Shown here piece after piece: positions 30,032 to 41,114 of a stretch of 64,000 nucleotides of DNA. How positions within the stretch are numbered: the first letter of the stretch is position 1; each line of letters opens with the position of its first letter. The stretch spans positions 32,226 to 96,225 of the forward strand of contig CAVYSE010000014.1 of NCBI GenBank assembly GCA_963771075.1, given 5' to 3'. The DNA is from a candidate division FCPU426 bacterium. Its GTDB lineage: Bacteria; Oederibacteriota; Muellerivitia; Muellerivitales; Muellerivitaceae. The notes below the pieces were generated by a model. The model did no database searches, was not told the DNA's origin, and worked only from the letters and a program-made list of their open reading frames with translations. Made by a program: the position numbers and the translations under genes.

Positions 30032-33000
30032 TTAACGAATGACGAGAAGTTTACCGATTGTCTTGGCGCCGTTGACTGTCACCACCGCATAGTAAAGACC
30101 ATTAGCCAGTGGATTCCCTCCCCGGCCCGTCAGGTTGACGTTAACGCTCGTTCCCGAGGGCACCGAATAGAAGGTCTCATCCACTACCTTTCGATAATTC
30201 ACCGTGAAGATCTCCACCCTCACCGTCGAGATTCCCGTGTAACTGGGCGGAAGCACATTCACCGTCGGTCCAGTCACCGGATTGGGATAAAGGATCGGTA
30301 TCTTTTGGGGTACCGGCGTTTTCGTAAAGGTCGGGGTGATCGTTCCGGTCGTAGTGGCCGAGATCGTCCAGGTGGAGGTCGCGGTCCATGTCACCGAGGG
30401 GGTCAGCGTCGGTGTGGCGGTATAGGTGTAGGTGTGGGTGGGTGTGGAAGTTTGGGTGGGCGTGAACGTGGCTTGCTGGCAGTTCACCGTATTGCCTGAA
30501 ACCGGCAGTCCCGTGATCGACACCGGCTGTCCCCCGTTATTCGTACTGGTTCCCGTCAGGCCGCTAATCGAGAACTCATAGGTCCCAACCGCCGTACCCG
30601 AGAAGTCCACCAGGACCTGCAGGCTGTTGGAGGTAGACGTGATCAAGTCGTTGTTCAGGCTCAGCGTGGCCGTATTGCCGGTGAATCCCGGAACAGAAGC
30701 CTGCAGTATTCCATTCAAATAAACACTGATGGATGTGACATTCGCTGCGTTGCCGCCCAGGTCGCTGACCGTGATATTCGTGAGGTTGACCCCTAATGCG
30801 CTTGGATCGCTGAGGTTCGCGGATACTGCCGTGACACCGGCGGTTCCCGAAAGAGTACTCAAAGTGGATGTGGACGAAGTCATGTTCAGGGTCGCCGAAG
30901 TGGGCGTGGAACTGGCGGTTGGGGTCGAACTCGCGGTTTGGGTTGGAGTCGCCGTGGGGGTAATGCTCAGTGTGCTGGTCGGCGGAACCGCCGTAAAGGT
31001 ATGGGTATTCGTAAAAACCGGGGTATAGGAAAGCGTCGGGGTATTCGTCACCGAACTTGTGGCGGTGGAACTGTTGGTCACCGTCCAAGTCGGCGTCCAT
31101 GTCGACGTAAGGGTCGCTGTCGTCGTGGATGTCATGGTTGAGCTCGAAGTGACCGTGGGGGATGCCGTCACGGTCGGACTAAAGGGAATCGTGGCCGTCA
31201 GCGTTCCGGTTGGGGTGGGTGTTCCCGTGGCCGTATCGGTTGTCGTATAGGTCGACGTCGGGGTACGGGTTGGGGTCAGGGTGGAGGTCAAAGTAGCCGT
31301 CAAGGTTTGAGTCGAGGTATCCGTGGGGGGGTGGGTCTGCGTCGCGGTCGATGAAAGGGTGAGGGTCGGGGTCAAGGTAATGGTCGGGCTCAGCGGGAAG
31401 GTGGATGTGGCTGTTTCCGTAAGGGTGGGAGTGCCCGAGGCCGTCGAGGTAGAAGTCGCGGTTGAAGTCCTCGTGGAGCTTGCCGTCGTAGTCGGGGTCG
31501 TAGACGCCGATGAAGTCGCGGTAAAGGTCGAGGTCGGGGTGATCGTCGTCGTCCAGGTCCTCGTTGAGCTAAAGGTGTTGGTCTCCGTAGAGGTCAACGT
31601 AACCGTTGGCGAAAGCGTATTCGTCGCGCTCAACTGCAAAGTGGCCGTCGCGGTCGGAGTCTGGGTCGGTGTTCCCGTGGCGGTCGGGCTGGATGTGATC
31701 GTATTGGTATGGGTCGAGGTAAGAGTCGGGGTAGAGGTGGTTGTGAAGGTTCGGGTCCATGTCCCGGAGGCGGTGGGGGTGTTTGTTGCCGTCCAAGAGA
31801 GGGTGACGGATGGCGTGGTGCTACTAGAGGCCGTAAACAAGGGCGTTACGGTAGAAGTGCCCGTGGTTGTGGAGGTCGATGACGCGGTTGAAGTGCGGGT
31901 GGCGGTGGGAGAAGAGCTCGAAGTATAGGTCGATGTCACCGTACGGGTGGGTGTGAGCGTGCTGGTATTCACCGATGTGTTCGTAGCGGTTGAGGTAACC
32001 GTGGAAGTGGAGGTCACAGTCGAGGTGCGCGTCGCGGTCGAGGTGCTTGTCAAAGTAATCGTCGGGGTCAGGGTGGTTGTATTCGGGGGGGTATTGGTGG
32101 CGGTGGCGGTCGCCGTATTCGTGAAGGTCCGCGTCGGAGTTGGGGTAAAGGTGGATGTTGAGGTAGCGGTCCCAGTGACCGTCCATGTGGCCGTGGAGGT
32201 ATTCATCACCGTATTGGTTGAAGTCGCGGTAGGCGTCCGGGTATTGGTCAAGGTGGGTGTGGCGGTGGAGGAATTCGTGGGGGTATTCGAGGCGGTGTTG
32301 GTCCGCGTCAGGGTCAAGGTTGGGGTCACGGTGGAAGAATTCGCCACCGTGTTCGTCAAAGTCGGCGTGGCCGTTCTTGAATAGGTCGCCGTTGGGGATG
32401 GCGTCATGGACTGGGTGGGGGTATTGGTTCGGGTAATCGTCTGTGTTAAGGTTAAGGTAGGGGTGGAAGTTACTATTAATGTATAGGTTTTTGTCGGCGT
32501 CAAAGTTGAAGTGGCCGTTTCCGTGGTTGTCCGGGTGGGAGAGAAGGTAGGAGTCCTAGTCGCTGTGGAAGTAAATGTAGACGTCGGGGTAAAAGTCGAA
32601 GTAGTACCACCTGAGGTGCAGGCGGGATGGGTCAATCCCATCAACCAGGGATAGACCGTCTCCCCTTCATAGGAGGTCAGCACCCAGCCGGTGGAGCCTG
32701 TGGAAACCGGGGCGGACAAGGTCGAGGACCAGTCTGCAAGCAACATGGGCGACGCCTGGATATCCATGTCCCAGCACATGCCACCATAGACGTAATTCTT
32801 GTCGTTGGTGCCGTTCATCCAGGTGATCACGCTGCTCACGAAAGAACCGCCGTCGGTGGTATTTTGCGAATTCCCGAATTCCTCGACGAACACTGGGCCG
32901 TAGGCGAGGGCGGGGTCAATGTTCGTTTGCCAAAGGGTGTTGCAATTACAACCACCCTTGTTGTTGTAGATGTGCGCCGAATAGACGATTCCGTTACCGC

Positions 33001-33787
33001 CCGAGACATCCGCCACCGGACTCATACCTTGGTAATCCCACGAATAGCCCTGGCCTCCGACGATGCAGATATTCTCCGCGTTGGTGCCACTGGCGTAAGT
33101 TCCACCCCCGCTCTTGGTTGCTCGAATGGTATTCACGATCGATTGAAGGCCAGGGGTGGTGAAACCTTCGGAGGTCGTGCCCCCGTTCAGCCAGACAGTC
33201 CAGGAAGTCGGATAGGGCTCGTTGAAGGTGTCGAAGAGAACGGATGGGTTATTGGCGTAACGGGCGGCCACGCTGGCCCAGAAGACCAGGCTGTTCTCGT
33301 CGGGCATGGAATATTGTTCGGTGGCCGAACCCGTGGACCCGCTTCCGGACCATTGAAGGTCGATGTCGCAGTAGATGTTGTTGGTATTGCAGTAGGCCAC
33401 GAGGGAATCTACGAAGCTTTGGTAGGCCGATTGGCTGGTGGAACCCCGGTTGTTGGGAGTGGATTGGGCGTTACCGTCCCACCAGTCCTGGTCCAGGGGA
33501 ATGCGGACGCAATTGACGTTCCAATATTTCACCGCTTCCTGCAGCTGCGTCATCACCCCGTTGCCGCCGGAGGGACCGTCCCCCGGCTGGGCTTCCCATT
33601 CCAAAGAATCCAGGTTCACCCCGGTCAGCCGCACGGTGCATCCCCCGCTAGCAGTCACGATCTGGTTACCCGAAACCTTCAAGAGCGGAGGCGCCGCTTC
33701 CAGAGAAGAGATGAAAATAAAAAAAGTGTAAAAGAAAAAACCGAAGGCAGAAAAAACCTTCCCATCCGATAATGTTTTAGTCGGCAT
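30032..33787 (-). CDS. GH5 glycoside hydrolase paralog with Thr-rich linker, Ig-like domain and T9SS-like CTD
   Basis: NCVRIPL, DTFNEP, HIY, VEEFG; last about 340 aa largely identical to the neighbouring paralog. Confidence 0.9.
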   Translation of the reverse strand: MPTKTLSDGKVFSAFGFFFYTFFIFISSLEAAPPLLKVSGNQIVTASGGCTVRLTGVNLDSLEWEAQPGDGPSGGNGVMTQLQEAVKYWNVNCVRIPLDQDWWDGNAQSTPNNRGSTSQSAYQSFVDSLVAYCNTNNIYCDIDLQWSGSGSTGSATEQYSMPDENSLVFWASVAARYANNPSVLFDTFNEPYPTSWTVWLNGGTTSEGFTTPGLQSIVNTIRATKSGGGTYASGTNAENICIVGGQGYSWDYQGMSPVADVSGGNGIVYSAHIYNNKGGCNCNTLWQTNIDPALAYGPVFVEEFGNSQNTTDGGSFVSSVITWMNGTNDKNYVYGGMCWDMDIQASPMLLADWSSTLSAPVSTGSTGWVLTSYEGETVYPWLMGLTHPACTSGGTTSTFTPTSTFTSTATRTPTFSPTRTTTETATSTLTPTKTYTLIVTSTPTLTLTQTITRTNTPTQSMTPSPTATYSRTATPTLTNTVANSSTVTPTLTLTRTNTASNTPTNSSTATPTLTNTRTPTATSTNTVMNTSTATWTVTGTATSTSTFTPTPTRTFTNTATATATNTPPNTTTLTPTITLTSTSTATRTSTVTSTSTVTSTATNTSVNTSTLTPTRTVTSTYTSSSSPTATRTSTASSTSTTTGTSTVTPLFTASSSTTPSVTLSWTATNTPTASGTWTRTFTTTSTPTLTSTHTNTITSSPTATGTPTQTPTATATLQLSATNTLSPTVTLTSTETNTFSSTRTWTTTITPTSTFTATSSASTTPTTTASSTRTSTATSTSTASGTPTLTETATSTFPLSPTITLTPTLTLSSTATQTHPPTDTSTQTLTATLTSTLTPTRTPTSTYTTTDTATGTPTPTGTLTATIPFSPTVTASPTVTSSSTMTSTTTATLTSTWTPTWTVTNSSTATSSVTNTPTLSYTPVFTNTHTFTAVPPTSTLSITPTATPTQTASSTPTASSTPTSATLNMTSSTSTLSTLSGTAGVTAVSANLSDPSALGVNLTNITVSDLGGNAANVTSISVYLNGILQASVPGFTGNTATLSLNNDLITSTSNSLQVLVDFSGTAVGTYEFSISGLTGTSTNNGGQPVSITGLPVSGNTVNCQQATFTPTQTSTPTHTYTYTATPTLTPSVTWTATSTWTISATTTGTITPTFTKTPVPQKIPILYPNPVTGPTVNVLPPSYTGISTVRVEIFTVNYRKVVDETFYSVPSGTSVNVNLTGRGGNPLANGLYYAVVTVNGAKTIGKLLVIR

Positions 33788-33863
33788 GATTGCGGCTCCC
33801 CAACAAGCAGATCATAATTTCAGTTATGAACCAGCATATTACTAAAACCTTTTAGTAATAAAT

Positions 33864-33878
33864 GCAATTTTTATGCCC
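33864..33878 (-). promoter_or_regulatory. Sigma54 promoter of GH5 gene 2
   Basis: Minus strand GGGCATAAAAATTGC followed by A. Confidence 0.75.
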
Positions 33879-34085
33879 TGCAATGAATTATACGTTTATC
33901 GATAACCATCCACATTCGCCAGGCTTGTACCGGTTACAGTCCAATCAAGGTTTCCCGTTAAATTGTCCATTAGTGAAACTTTCTACTATTTTTTTAATTT
34001 CCTTACACCCCACACGCAACCGTCTAAGTTCCTTATCTGGGCGTGGACAAACTTGGTGCTTAAATTCTTATACAGCGACGGCGGA

Positions 34086-34622
34086 TCAAGTATTTAACGA
34101 TGTTAAAAACTCTTTGAAATAATCCCAACCTTGATCCCAAAAACCCAAATTTGATCCGAGGTTGATATGCCCCTTTTCGCCGACATCAATAAACCGGGAG
34201 TTCCAATGGAACGCGAGGAGTTTCGAAAATTCCAAACTCGCATAGGGATCATTTCGGCTTGCTAAAATCCATGTTCTAAATGAAGGTTTCATGAATTGGG
34301 GGGTCAAAAATCCATTTGCGGTTTTGGGAAATGCGGCCGCTTTAGGATCGGGAAGCGCCACTAGAAAACCGCCCAAGATATTTAAGGCATTCATATTTGA
34401 AAATCCCTGGACCACCAATAAACAACCCAAACTATGAGCCACAAACACTTTCGGTTCTGGATTCTCATGCGCTACCCTTGAAACATCGTCAATCCAATCC
34501 GAAGCTTGGGGATGTCCCCAATTGGCGTGTTCCACCCAAAGGCCACCTGTTTTTCGAAACCAAAGACTCTGCCAATGATTTGGTTCAGAATTATCAATCC
34601 CCGCCAAATAAATGACCTTCAA
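34086..34622 (-). CDS. RBBP9/YdeN-family alpha/beta hydrolase
   Basis: HWQ, VAHSLGC, ASRNDPY, GHIN motifs. Confidence 0.88.
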   Translation of the reverse strand: MKVIYLAGIDNSEPNHWQSLWFRKTGGLWVEHANWGHPQASDWIDDVSRVAHENPEPKVFVAHSLGCLLVVQGFSNMNALNILGGFLVALPDPKAAAFPKTANGFLTPQFMKPSFRTWILASRNDPYASLEFSKLLAFHWNSRFIDVGEKGHINLGSNLGFWDQGWDYFKEFLTSLNT

Positions 34623-34632
34623 GAACCTAAGG

Positions 34633-34818
34633 CTATTCTGATGTCGGAATGACCATCATTCCGTCATCGAGGAAATATTGTTTGATCCCCTTTGAATTAC
34701 AATCCTTGTTTCGGCACTCAAATGCAACTTTGAACAATTTGGGGGTTAGGCCGGAGGATTTCACGGATTTACGATTTATTTCTTTCATAACATTCCCGCA
34801 ATTTAAACAAGAAGGCAT
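34633..34818 (-). CDS. Small putative zinc-ribbon protein (61 aa)
   Basis: CLNCG..M and C-x4-C; fits the gap between metW and the hydrolase; upstream GAGG. Confidence 0.5.
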   Translation of the reverse strand: MPSCLNCGNVMKEINRKSVKSSGLTPKLFKVAFECRNKDCNSKGIKQYFLDDGMMVIPTSE

Positions 34819-34872
34819 CGTTATCCCTATCCCTCATCCACCTAATAAAATGGAGTTAACAAAAGGTTTTAA

Positions 34873-35475
34873 TTAAGTTTTAGAAATTTCAAATAAAGCT
34901 ATTTGGGCGAAGAAATTCGGAAAAAAATAAACAGAACGGTTCCCGTTGAGAAATGCTTTCCGATGAACCTGAATCTTCCTATTTTGGCAATAATCGACAA
35001 AATCAAGGATAGAAACTGAATGTAAATTTGGGGTTTCGTACCACATATAGGGAAGCGCTTCGGTAACGGGGGTTCGTCCCGAAAAAAAGGTTTGAAACCG
35101 TGATTTAAAGTATGCGAAGTTTGGAAAACCCACGATCACCTTCTTACCGACACGAAGCGCGCTTTCTAAAGCCCGGTCCACATGTTGAATTTGCTGAAAG
35201 GTTTGATCCAATACCGCGTAATCAAATGCCCCATTTTCGTAATCGGTCAACCCTCCCTCTATGTCGTCATGAAAAACGTTAAGACCTTTGGCTACGCAGC
35301 GATAGATGGCTTGTTCGTCAATCTCTACTCCCTGCCCTTTGACGCCTTTTTCCTTGACGAGCAGGTATAAAAGGTCACCATCACCACAGCCTAAATCCAA
35401 TACGCCCGACCCCGGCTCGATCCAATTTAAAATAATACGGTGATCCGATTTCATGGCTTTCAAATCAAGACTCAT
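34873..35475 (-). CDS. metW: Methionine biosynthesis protein MetW
   Basis: VLDLGCGDG, FPNF, WYETPNLH; directly downstream of metX. Confidence 0.93.
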   Translation of the reverse strand: MSLDLKAMKSDHRIILNWIEPGSGVLDLGCGDGDLLYLLVKEKGVKGQGVEIDEQAIYRCVAKGLNVFHDDIEGGLTDYENGAFDYAVLDQTFQQIQHVDRALESALRVGKKVIVGFPNFAYFKSRFQTFFSGRTPVTEALPYMWYETPNLHSVSILDFVDYCQNRKIQVHRKAFLNGNRSVYFFPNFFAQIALFEISKT

Positions 35476-36655
35476 CGGCGACCTCATATCCATGATAAGC
35501 CTTTTTCAGGAAATGCTTGATCAGGTGCGTTTCCTCATCGATTTCCAAAAGAAATGCGTCATGACCGTAGGTGGATTCGATCTCGCAATAAGTGGCTTCA
35601 ACCCCCGCCAGTTTGCAGGCCTTGACGATTTCCTGGGATTGGTAAAGGGGGTAAAGCCAGTCGGACTTGAAACCGATGACCAGCACGTTCAGGTCCCGGC
35701 CCCGAAGGGCGTCTTGGAAGGGTTTTCCTTGGGCAGCGTCAAAATTATCCATGGCCTTGGTTATGTACAGGTAGGAGTTGGCGTCAAAGCGCTTCACGAA
35801 GTTGTCGCCCCGGTAGCGCAGGTAGCCCTCCACCTCGAAGTCGGCGGTGAATTTTTCCGCGCCCGTATGGGCCTTCTTCTGGCGCCCAAATTTTTCCGCC
35901 ATGGAGGTGTCGCTCATGTAGGTGATGTGGCCCACCATGCGAGCTACTGAGAGGCCCTTGGCCGGAGGGTCCCCCCCGTAATAGTTCCCTTCCTTCCAAT
36001 CCGGGTCGGCCATGATGGCTTGGCGGCCCACTTCATCAAAGGCGATTTGCTGAGGTGTATGCTTGATCGCGGTAGCGATGGGAATAGCGCTTTTAAGACG
36101 TCCCGGATGACGGGCCATCCAGGAAAGCACTTGCATCCCCCCCATGGAACCTCCGGAGACCGATAGAAGCTGTTGGATTCCTAGGTGTCGCGTCACAAGC
36201 CTCATCTGACATTCGATCATGTCGCCGATGGTGATCAAGGGAAAATCGAGTCCGAAAGGGCGCCCCGTATCAGGGTTCAAACTGGACGGACCCGTCGAAC
36301 CCTTACATCCACCTATCACATTACAGCAAATAACGAAATAATGGTCCGTATCAAATGCTTTTCCCGGTCCGATCAGTTCGTTCCACCAACCCGGATCCTT
36401 ATCCCCTTCATGCCAGCCGGCCGCATGGGCATCCCCGGAAAAAGCGTGGCAGACCAGGATGGCGTTGGACTTATCGTTGTTGAGATCGCCGTAAGTCTCA
36501 TAGGCGAGGGTGATGGGCCCCAGCCAATCGCCGCTTTCCAGGGTCAGCCCGTCGAAGGTATAAAACTTGGTTTCGACCAGGCCCAGTTCATGCTTTTCAT
36601 GATGGTGAGAGTCCGTTTCTTCCCTGTTAGCTTCCTGGTCCGCCGTTCCGGTCAC
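35465..36655 (-). CDS. metX: Homoserine O-acetyltransferase
   Basis: [39 protein letters not shown]; likely GTG start at 36655 overlapping the cysK TGA, with GAGGAGG RBS. Confidence 0.95.
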   Translation of the reverse strand: MTGTADQEANREETDSHHHEKHELGLVETKFYTFDGLTLESGDWLGPITLAYETYGDLNNDKSNAILVCHAFSGDAHAAGWHEGDKDPGWWNELIGPGKAFDTDHYFVICCNVIGGCKGSTGPSSLNPDTGRPFGLDFPLITIGDMIECQMRLVTRHLGIQQLLSVSGGSMGGMQVLSWMARHPGRLKSAIPIATAIKHTPQQIAFDEVGRQAIMADPDWKEGNYYGGDPPAKGLSVARMVGHITYMSDTSMAEKFGRQKKAHTGAEKFTADFEVEGYLRYRGDNFVKRFDANSYLYITKAMDNFDAAQGKPFQDALRGRDLNVLVIGFKSDWLYPLYQSQEIVKACKLAGVEATYCEIESTYGHDAFLLEIDEETHLIKHFLKKAYHGYEVADES

Positions 36656-37587
36656 CCTTTTGCCTCCTCGTAAAGCCAGGTGGAAAGATATCTTTCGCCC
36701 GTGTCGGGCAATACAACGACGATAGTTTTGCCCTTGTTCTCGGGCCGGTGGGCCACCTTGAGGGCCGCCCAAAGCGCCGCCCCGCAGGAAATACCCGCCA
36801 GAATACCCTCGGTTTTGGCCAACTTCCGGGCCGTCGCGCCTGCGTCCTCGTTGGTGACGCGGATCACCTCGTCAAGGATTTTAAGGTTCAGGATAACGGG
36901 AACAAAGTTCGCGCCGATGCCCTGGATCTTGTGGGCGGCTGGAGTGCCACCGGAAAGGATGGGGGATGCGTCCGGTTCCACCGCGATGGCCTTAAACGAA
37001 GGTTTCAACTTTTTTATGACCTCGGCCACCCCGGTGATGGTCCCGCCCGTTCCCACGCCAGCCACCAGGATATCGACCGCTCCGTCCGTGTCCTGCCAGA
37101 TCTCCTCGGCGGTCGTACGCCGGTGGATTTCCGGGTTGGCCGAGTTGTTGAACTGCTGGGGAATGAAGCTGTTGGGATTGGCCTTGGCCATTTCCTCGGC
37201 CTTATCCACCGCCCCCTTCATTCCCTTCGCCCCCTCCGTGAGGACCAATTCTGCCCCGAAGATGCGCATTAGCTGGCGCCGCTCCAGGCTCATGGTCTCG
37301 GGCATGACCAGGGTGAGTTTGTAACCACGGGAGGCGCAGGTGAATGCCAGCGCCACCCCGGTGTTGCCGCTGGTGGGCTCGATGATCTGGGTATCCTGAT
37401 GGATCAACCCCCGCCTCTCGGCCTCGTCGATCATGGCCACCCCGATGCGGTCTTTCACGCTTCCCAGGGGATTCATGGATTCCAGCTTTGCCAGCACGGT
37501 GGCCCCGGCCCCCTCGGTGATCCGGTTCAGGCGCACCAGGGGGGTGCGCCCGATCAGTTTCGTGACATCGGAATAAATTCTCGCCAT
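36652..37587 (-). CDS. cysK: Cysteine synthase A
   Basis: [18 protein letters not shown] (PLP Lys), [25 protein letters not shown]. Confidence 0.97.
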   Translation of the reverse strand: MARIYSDVTKLIGRTPLVRLNRITEGAGATVLAKLESMNPLGSVKDRIGVAMIDEAERRGLIHQDTQIIEPTSGNTGVALAFTCASRGYKLTLVMPETMSLERRQLMRIFGAELVLTEGAKGMKGAVDKAEEMAKANPNSFIPQQFNNSANPEIHRRTTAEEIWQDTDGAVDILVAGVGTGGTITGVAEVIKKLKPSFKAIAVEPDASPILSGGTPAAHKIQGIGANFVPVILNLKILDEVIRVTNEDAGATARKLAKTEGILAGISCGAALWAALKVAHRPENKGKTIVVVLPDTGERYLSTWLYEEAKG

Positions 37588-37596
37588 GGTGATCCC

Positions 37597-38973
<1,377 letters not shown>

Positions 38974-38985
38974 TCATGATCTCTC

Positions 38986-39073
38986 ACCGCTTTAGCGCCC
39001 TGTTTTTCCCGCTTTCAAACTTCGAAAAACGGGACCGGCCGGGGCAAGTTGGTACTGATTAAAGCCTCGCCGG
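38986..39073 (-). ncRNA. Candidate SAM-II/SAM-V-like riboswitch aptamer, copy 2 (gene-proximal)
   Basis: CCGGC-GAGGCUUUAA..CCAACUUGCCCCG-GCCGG-[hairpin]-AAAACAGGGCGCUAAAGCGG; P1 CCGGC/GCCGG; pseudoknot UUGC/GCUAA. Confidence 0.7.
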
Positions 39074-39131
39074 AATTGCCAATTTTTCCCTTGGAAATCG
39101 TCCTCGAACGCCTGATTTCCGCGGGCTCCCC

Positions 39132-39172
39132 AAACAAAAAAACCCAAGTCGCTTTTGAAGCGGCTCGGGTTT
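39132..39172 (-). terminator. Intrinsic terminator (expression platform of aptamer 1)
   Basis: Minus strand AAACCCGAGCCGCTT-CAA-AAGCGACTTGGGTTT-TTTT; its GCCGCTT can instead pair with AAGCGGC at the aptamer 3' end. Confidence 0.8.
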
Positions 39173-39193
39173 AGGAGTTTCCCTTAAACTTTC

Positions 39194-39264
39194 GCCGCTT
39201 TAGCTCCCTGTTTACCTTATCTTCAGGAACGCCGGGGCAAGTTGGACCTTAACGCCTCGCGTTT
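39194..39264 (-). ncRNA. Candidate SAM-II/SAM-V-like riboswitch aptamer, copy 1 (promoter-proximal)
   Basis: AACGC-GAGGCGUUAA..CCAACUUGCCCCG-GCGUU-[hairpin]-UAAACAGGGAGCUAAAGCGGC; P1 covaries with copy 2. Confidence 0.7.
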
Positions 39265-39277
39265 GCAACTGGGTAAA

Positions 39278-39306
39278 AGTGTAGGTCTAGGCTTAGGGTT
39301 TGTCAA
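39278..39306 (-). promoter_or_regulatory. Sigma70 promoter of the metY-cysK-metX-metW operon
   Basis: TTGACA-N17-TACACT, 13 nt upstream of aptamer 1. Confidence 0.85.
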
Positions 39307-39368
39307 CGGTGCGAAAACGGTTATTTACACTCGCGAAACGATCCCCCGAAAAACCGCCGGGACTATTT

Positions 39369-39400
39369 AAAAGAAAAGCCCCGGGATATCCCGGGGCTTT
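39369..39400 (-). terminator. Intrinsic terminator of the 445-aa gene
   Basis: Palindrome AAAGCCCCGGGA-TA-TCCCGGGGCTTT followed by TCTTTT on the minus strand. Confidence 0.8.
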
Positions 39401-39445
39401 AAGTGTTTCAGCTCATGGGCGGAAGCGAATAAGACCAACGTGGAT

Positions 39446-40783
39446 TTAGCTTTGTCCCTTATCCTGCACCAGGTTCCCGTCCGAATCGTAAGTCTGAACC
39501 GTCCCGTCGGTGAGCGTGACCAGGACGCGCGGTGCGGCGCCCGCGGTTCCGGGGACGAATTTCACATCTTGCACGTTATCCGAAAGAAATACCGGCTTGC
39601 TGTCGTTGTCGGCCGCGACCTTGTCGTACAGGAAAGCGTCACCCCCCACGATTTTAACCTGCCGGGTTCCATCCTTGCTGTTGAGAACCTTGTCTACCGA
39701 AACAGGAGGTAGGGGCTTCGTCGTCATATTGGATGCTGTCGAATCCGAGGAGGCGGAAGGTGAGGTCGCCTCCATGCCCACGCCCGAAGGGGATTCGGAG
39801 GGAGCCGAAGCACTTGGTGTTTCCCCAACGCTCGCTGCATTTACATATGAGCCATTGTCGTAAACGTAAACCACGCTCACATTGGCCGGATCCTGCCACC
39901 ACCACCAGCCGTCGTTCCAATAGCACCAATGATAATAGACCGGATCCCACCACCACCAATTTCCAGCCCAATAACGTGACCAAAAACAAGAACTGCCCAT
40001 GTACCAACCGTACCAATGGTAACCATAGGGATCATAATAGTGGCAATAGTTCCAACCGTTATAGGTATGCCAATAATAATGATTCGGCACAACCTCTGAG
40101 CGATTATAAATGTTAATTTGAGCCGTCACTTGGGGCCGCCCTACGACGGCCATTTGGGAGCGAACCACCGCCCCATTCATGGCGGTGCGGGATATCACTG
40201 AGGCGTGGATTGCGGAACCTTGGGGCCCTGAAGCGGGTTGGGGAACAGCCAAACGGGTCCGGTCCGTCGGCATTAATTGGTGTGAATTGGTAAATGCTTT
40301 GGTAACACGGTTCACTCCCCTGGATTGGGCCTGGGGTGATACCGCATAAGAATGTCTGCCGGGGTTACCTGCCGGATTGCTATGAAATGCCGCCGATGTA
40401 TTTTTATTTGCCCCTCCGAAATGATGAACGGTTTGATTTTGCCCTACTTGGGCGGAGGAACTTTGATGATTGAAGGTTTGATTACGGTTTACGTTCCTAG
40501 AACTATTGAAACGACGTCCGGAGGAATTTCCCTTGCCCACTCCTTGCTTATTAGCCCGGGATCTCGGTTTAACCACTCCGGAAGATGAACCTGGGTTGAC
40601 CTTTCCGCCCCCTCCTTGGTTCGATTGAACCCCTCCCGTTCGGTCGGCCCCCCCACCACCCCTGTCCCAGCCTTCCCCACCTCGATCAGCCAAAGCTGAA
40701 AAGGCAGGGAAAAATACCAAAACCGCTATAACAACAAATGTTTGTTTCATCATGATTACCACCTCATGGTTTGGGCCGATCAA
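39446..40783 (-). CDS. Exported hypothetical protein with disordered G/S/R/N-rich N-half and a Trp/Tyr-rich segment
   Basis: Signal peptide (MKQTF...SALA, so the true start is probably about 40750); YYWH..WNY..YHWYGWY..WWWW..WWWW block. Confidence 0.7.
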   Translation of the reverse strand: MIGPNHEVVIMMKQTFVVIAVLVFFPAFSALADRGGEGWDRGGGGADRTGGVQSNQGGGGKVNPGSSSGVVKPRSRANKQGVGKGNSSGRRFNSSRNVNRNQTFNHQSSSAQVGQNQTVHHFGGANKNTSAAFHSNPAGNPGRHSYAVSPQAQSRGVNRVTKAFTNSHQLMPTDRTRLAVPQPASGPQGSAIHASVISRTAMNGAVVRSQMAVVGRPQVTAQINIYNRSEVVPNHYYWHTYNGWNYCHYYDPYGYHWYGWYMGSSCFWSRYWAGNWWWWDPVYYHWCYWNDGWWWWQDPANVSVVYVYDNGSYVNAASVGETPSASAPSESPSGVGMEATSPSASSDSTASNMTTKPLPPVSVDKVLNSKDGTRQVKIVGGDAFLYDKVAADNDSKPVFLSDNVQDVKFVPGTAGAAPRVLVTLTDGTVQTYDSDGNLVQDKGQS

Positions 40784-40815
40784 TTTTTCAACCTTTTGTC
40801 ATTACTCTCATTATA

Positions 40816-40844
40816 TTAGACGTCCCAAAGGGCAGGTTGGTTAC
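40816..40844 (-). promoter_or_regulatory. Putative ECF-sigma promoter
   Basis: Minus strand GTAAC-N17-CGTCTAA (AAC/CGT ECF signature). Confidence 0.5.
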
Positions 40845-41114
40845 GCTATAAAATTGCCGAGCGAAGAAGTAAAAAGCTTCATTTATGCAAAGAATTGCTC
40901 AAAATTTCCCTGTTAATTTGAAAACTAATATAAATCCCAATTCAAGCACGGAAAAATACCATTGTTAGTCCCCCAAAATAAGGTCTTCCATTTGTTTTAG
41001 TATCTTTTTATTCTTTATAATTCCATTTCATGTAGTAATCTTGTCACACTGAATTACTTATTTACCAGCTCCTTGGGGTTGGCATCCTAATCGCAGTAAA
41101 CTTTTAGGAGTCCC

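Noticed and set aside
27819..32384. Val-rich plus-strand ORFs (also at about 44.8-46.3 kb and 55-56.8 kb)
   Set aside because: Antisense readouts of Thr (ACN) codon runs
26120..33787. Cellulosome (cohesin/dockerin) interpretation
   Set aside because: No duplicated dockerin Ca-binding repeats were recognised; the terminal domain is CTD/FlgD-Ig-like
36656..36772. 39-aa N-terminal extension of MetX in the ORF track
   Set aside because: Overlaps cysK; the GTG at 36655 has a strong RBS and a GTGA translational-coupling overlap
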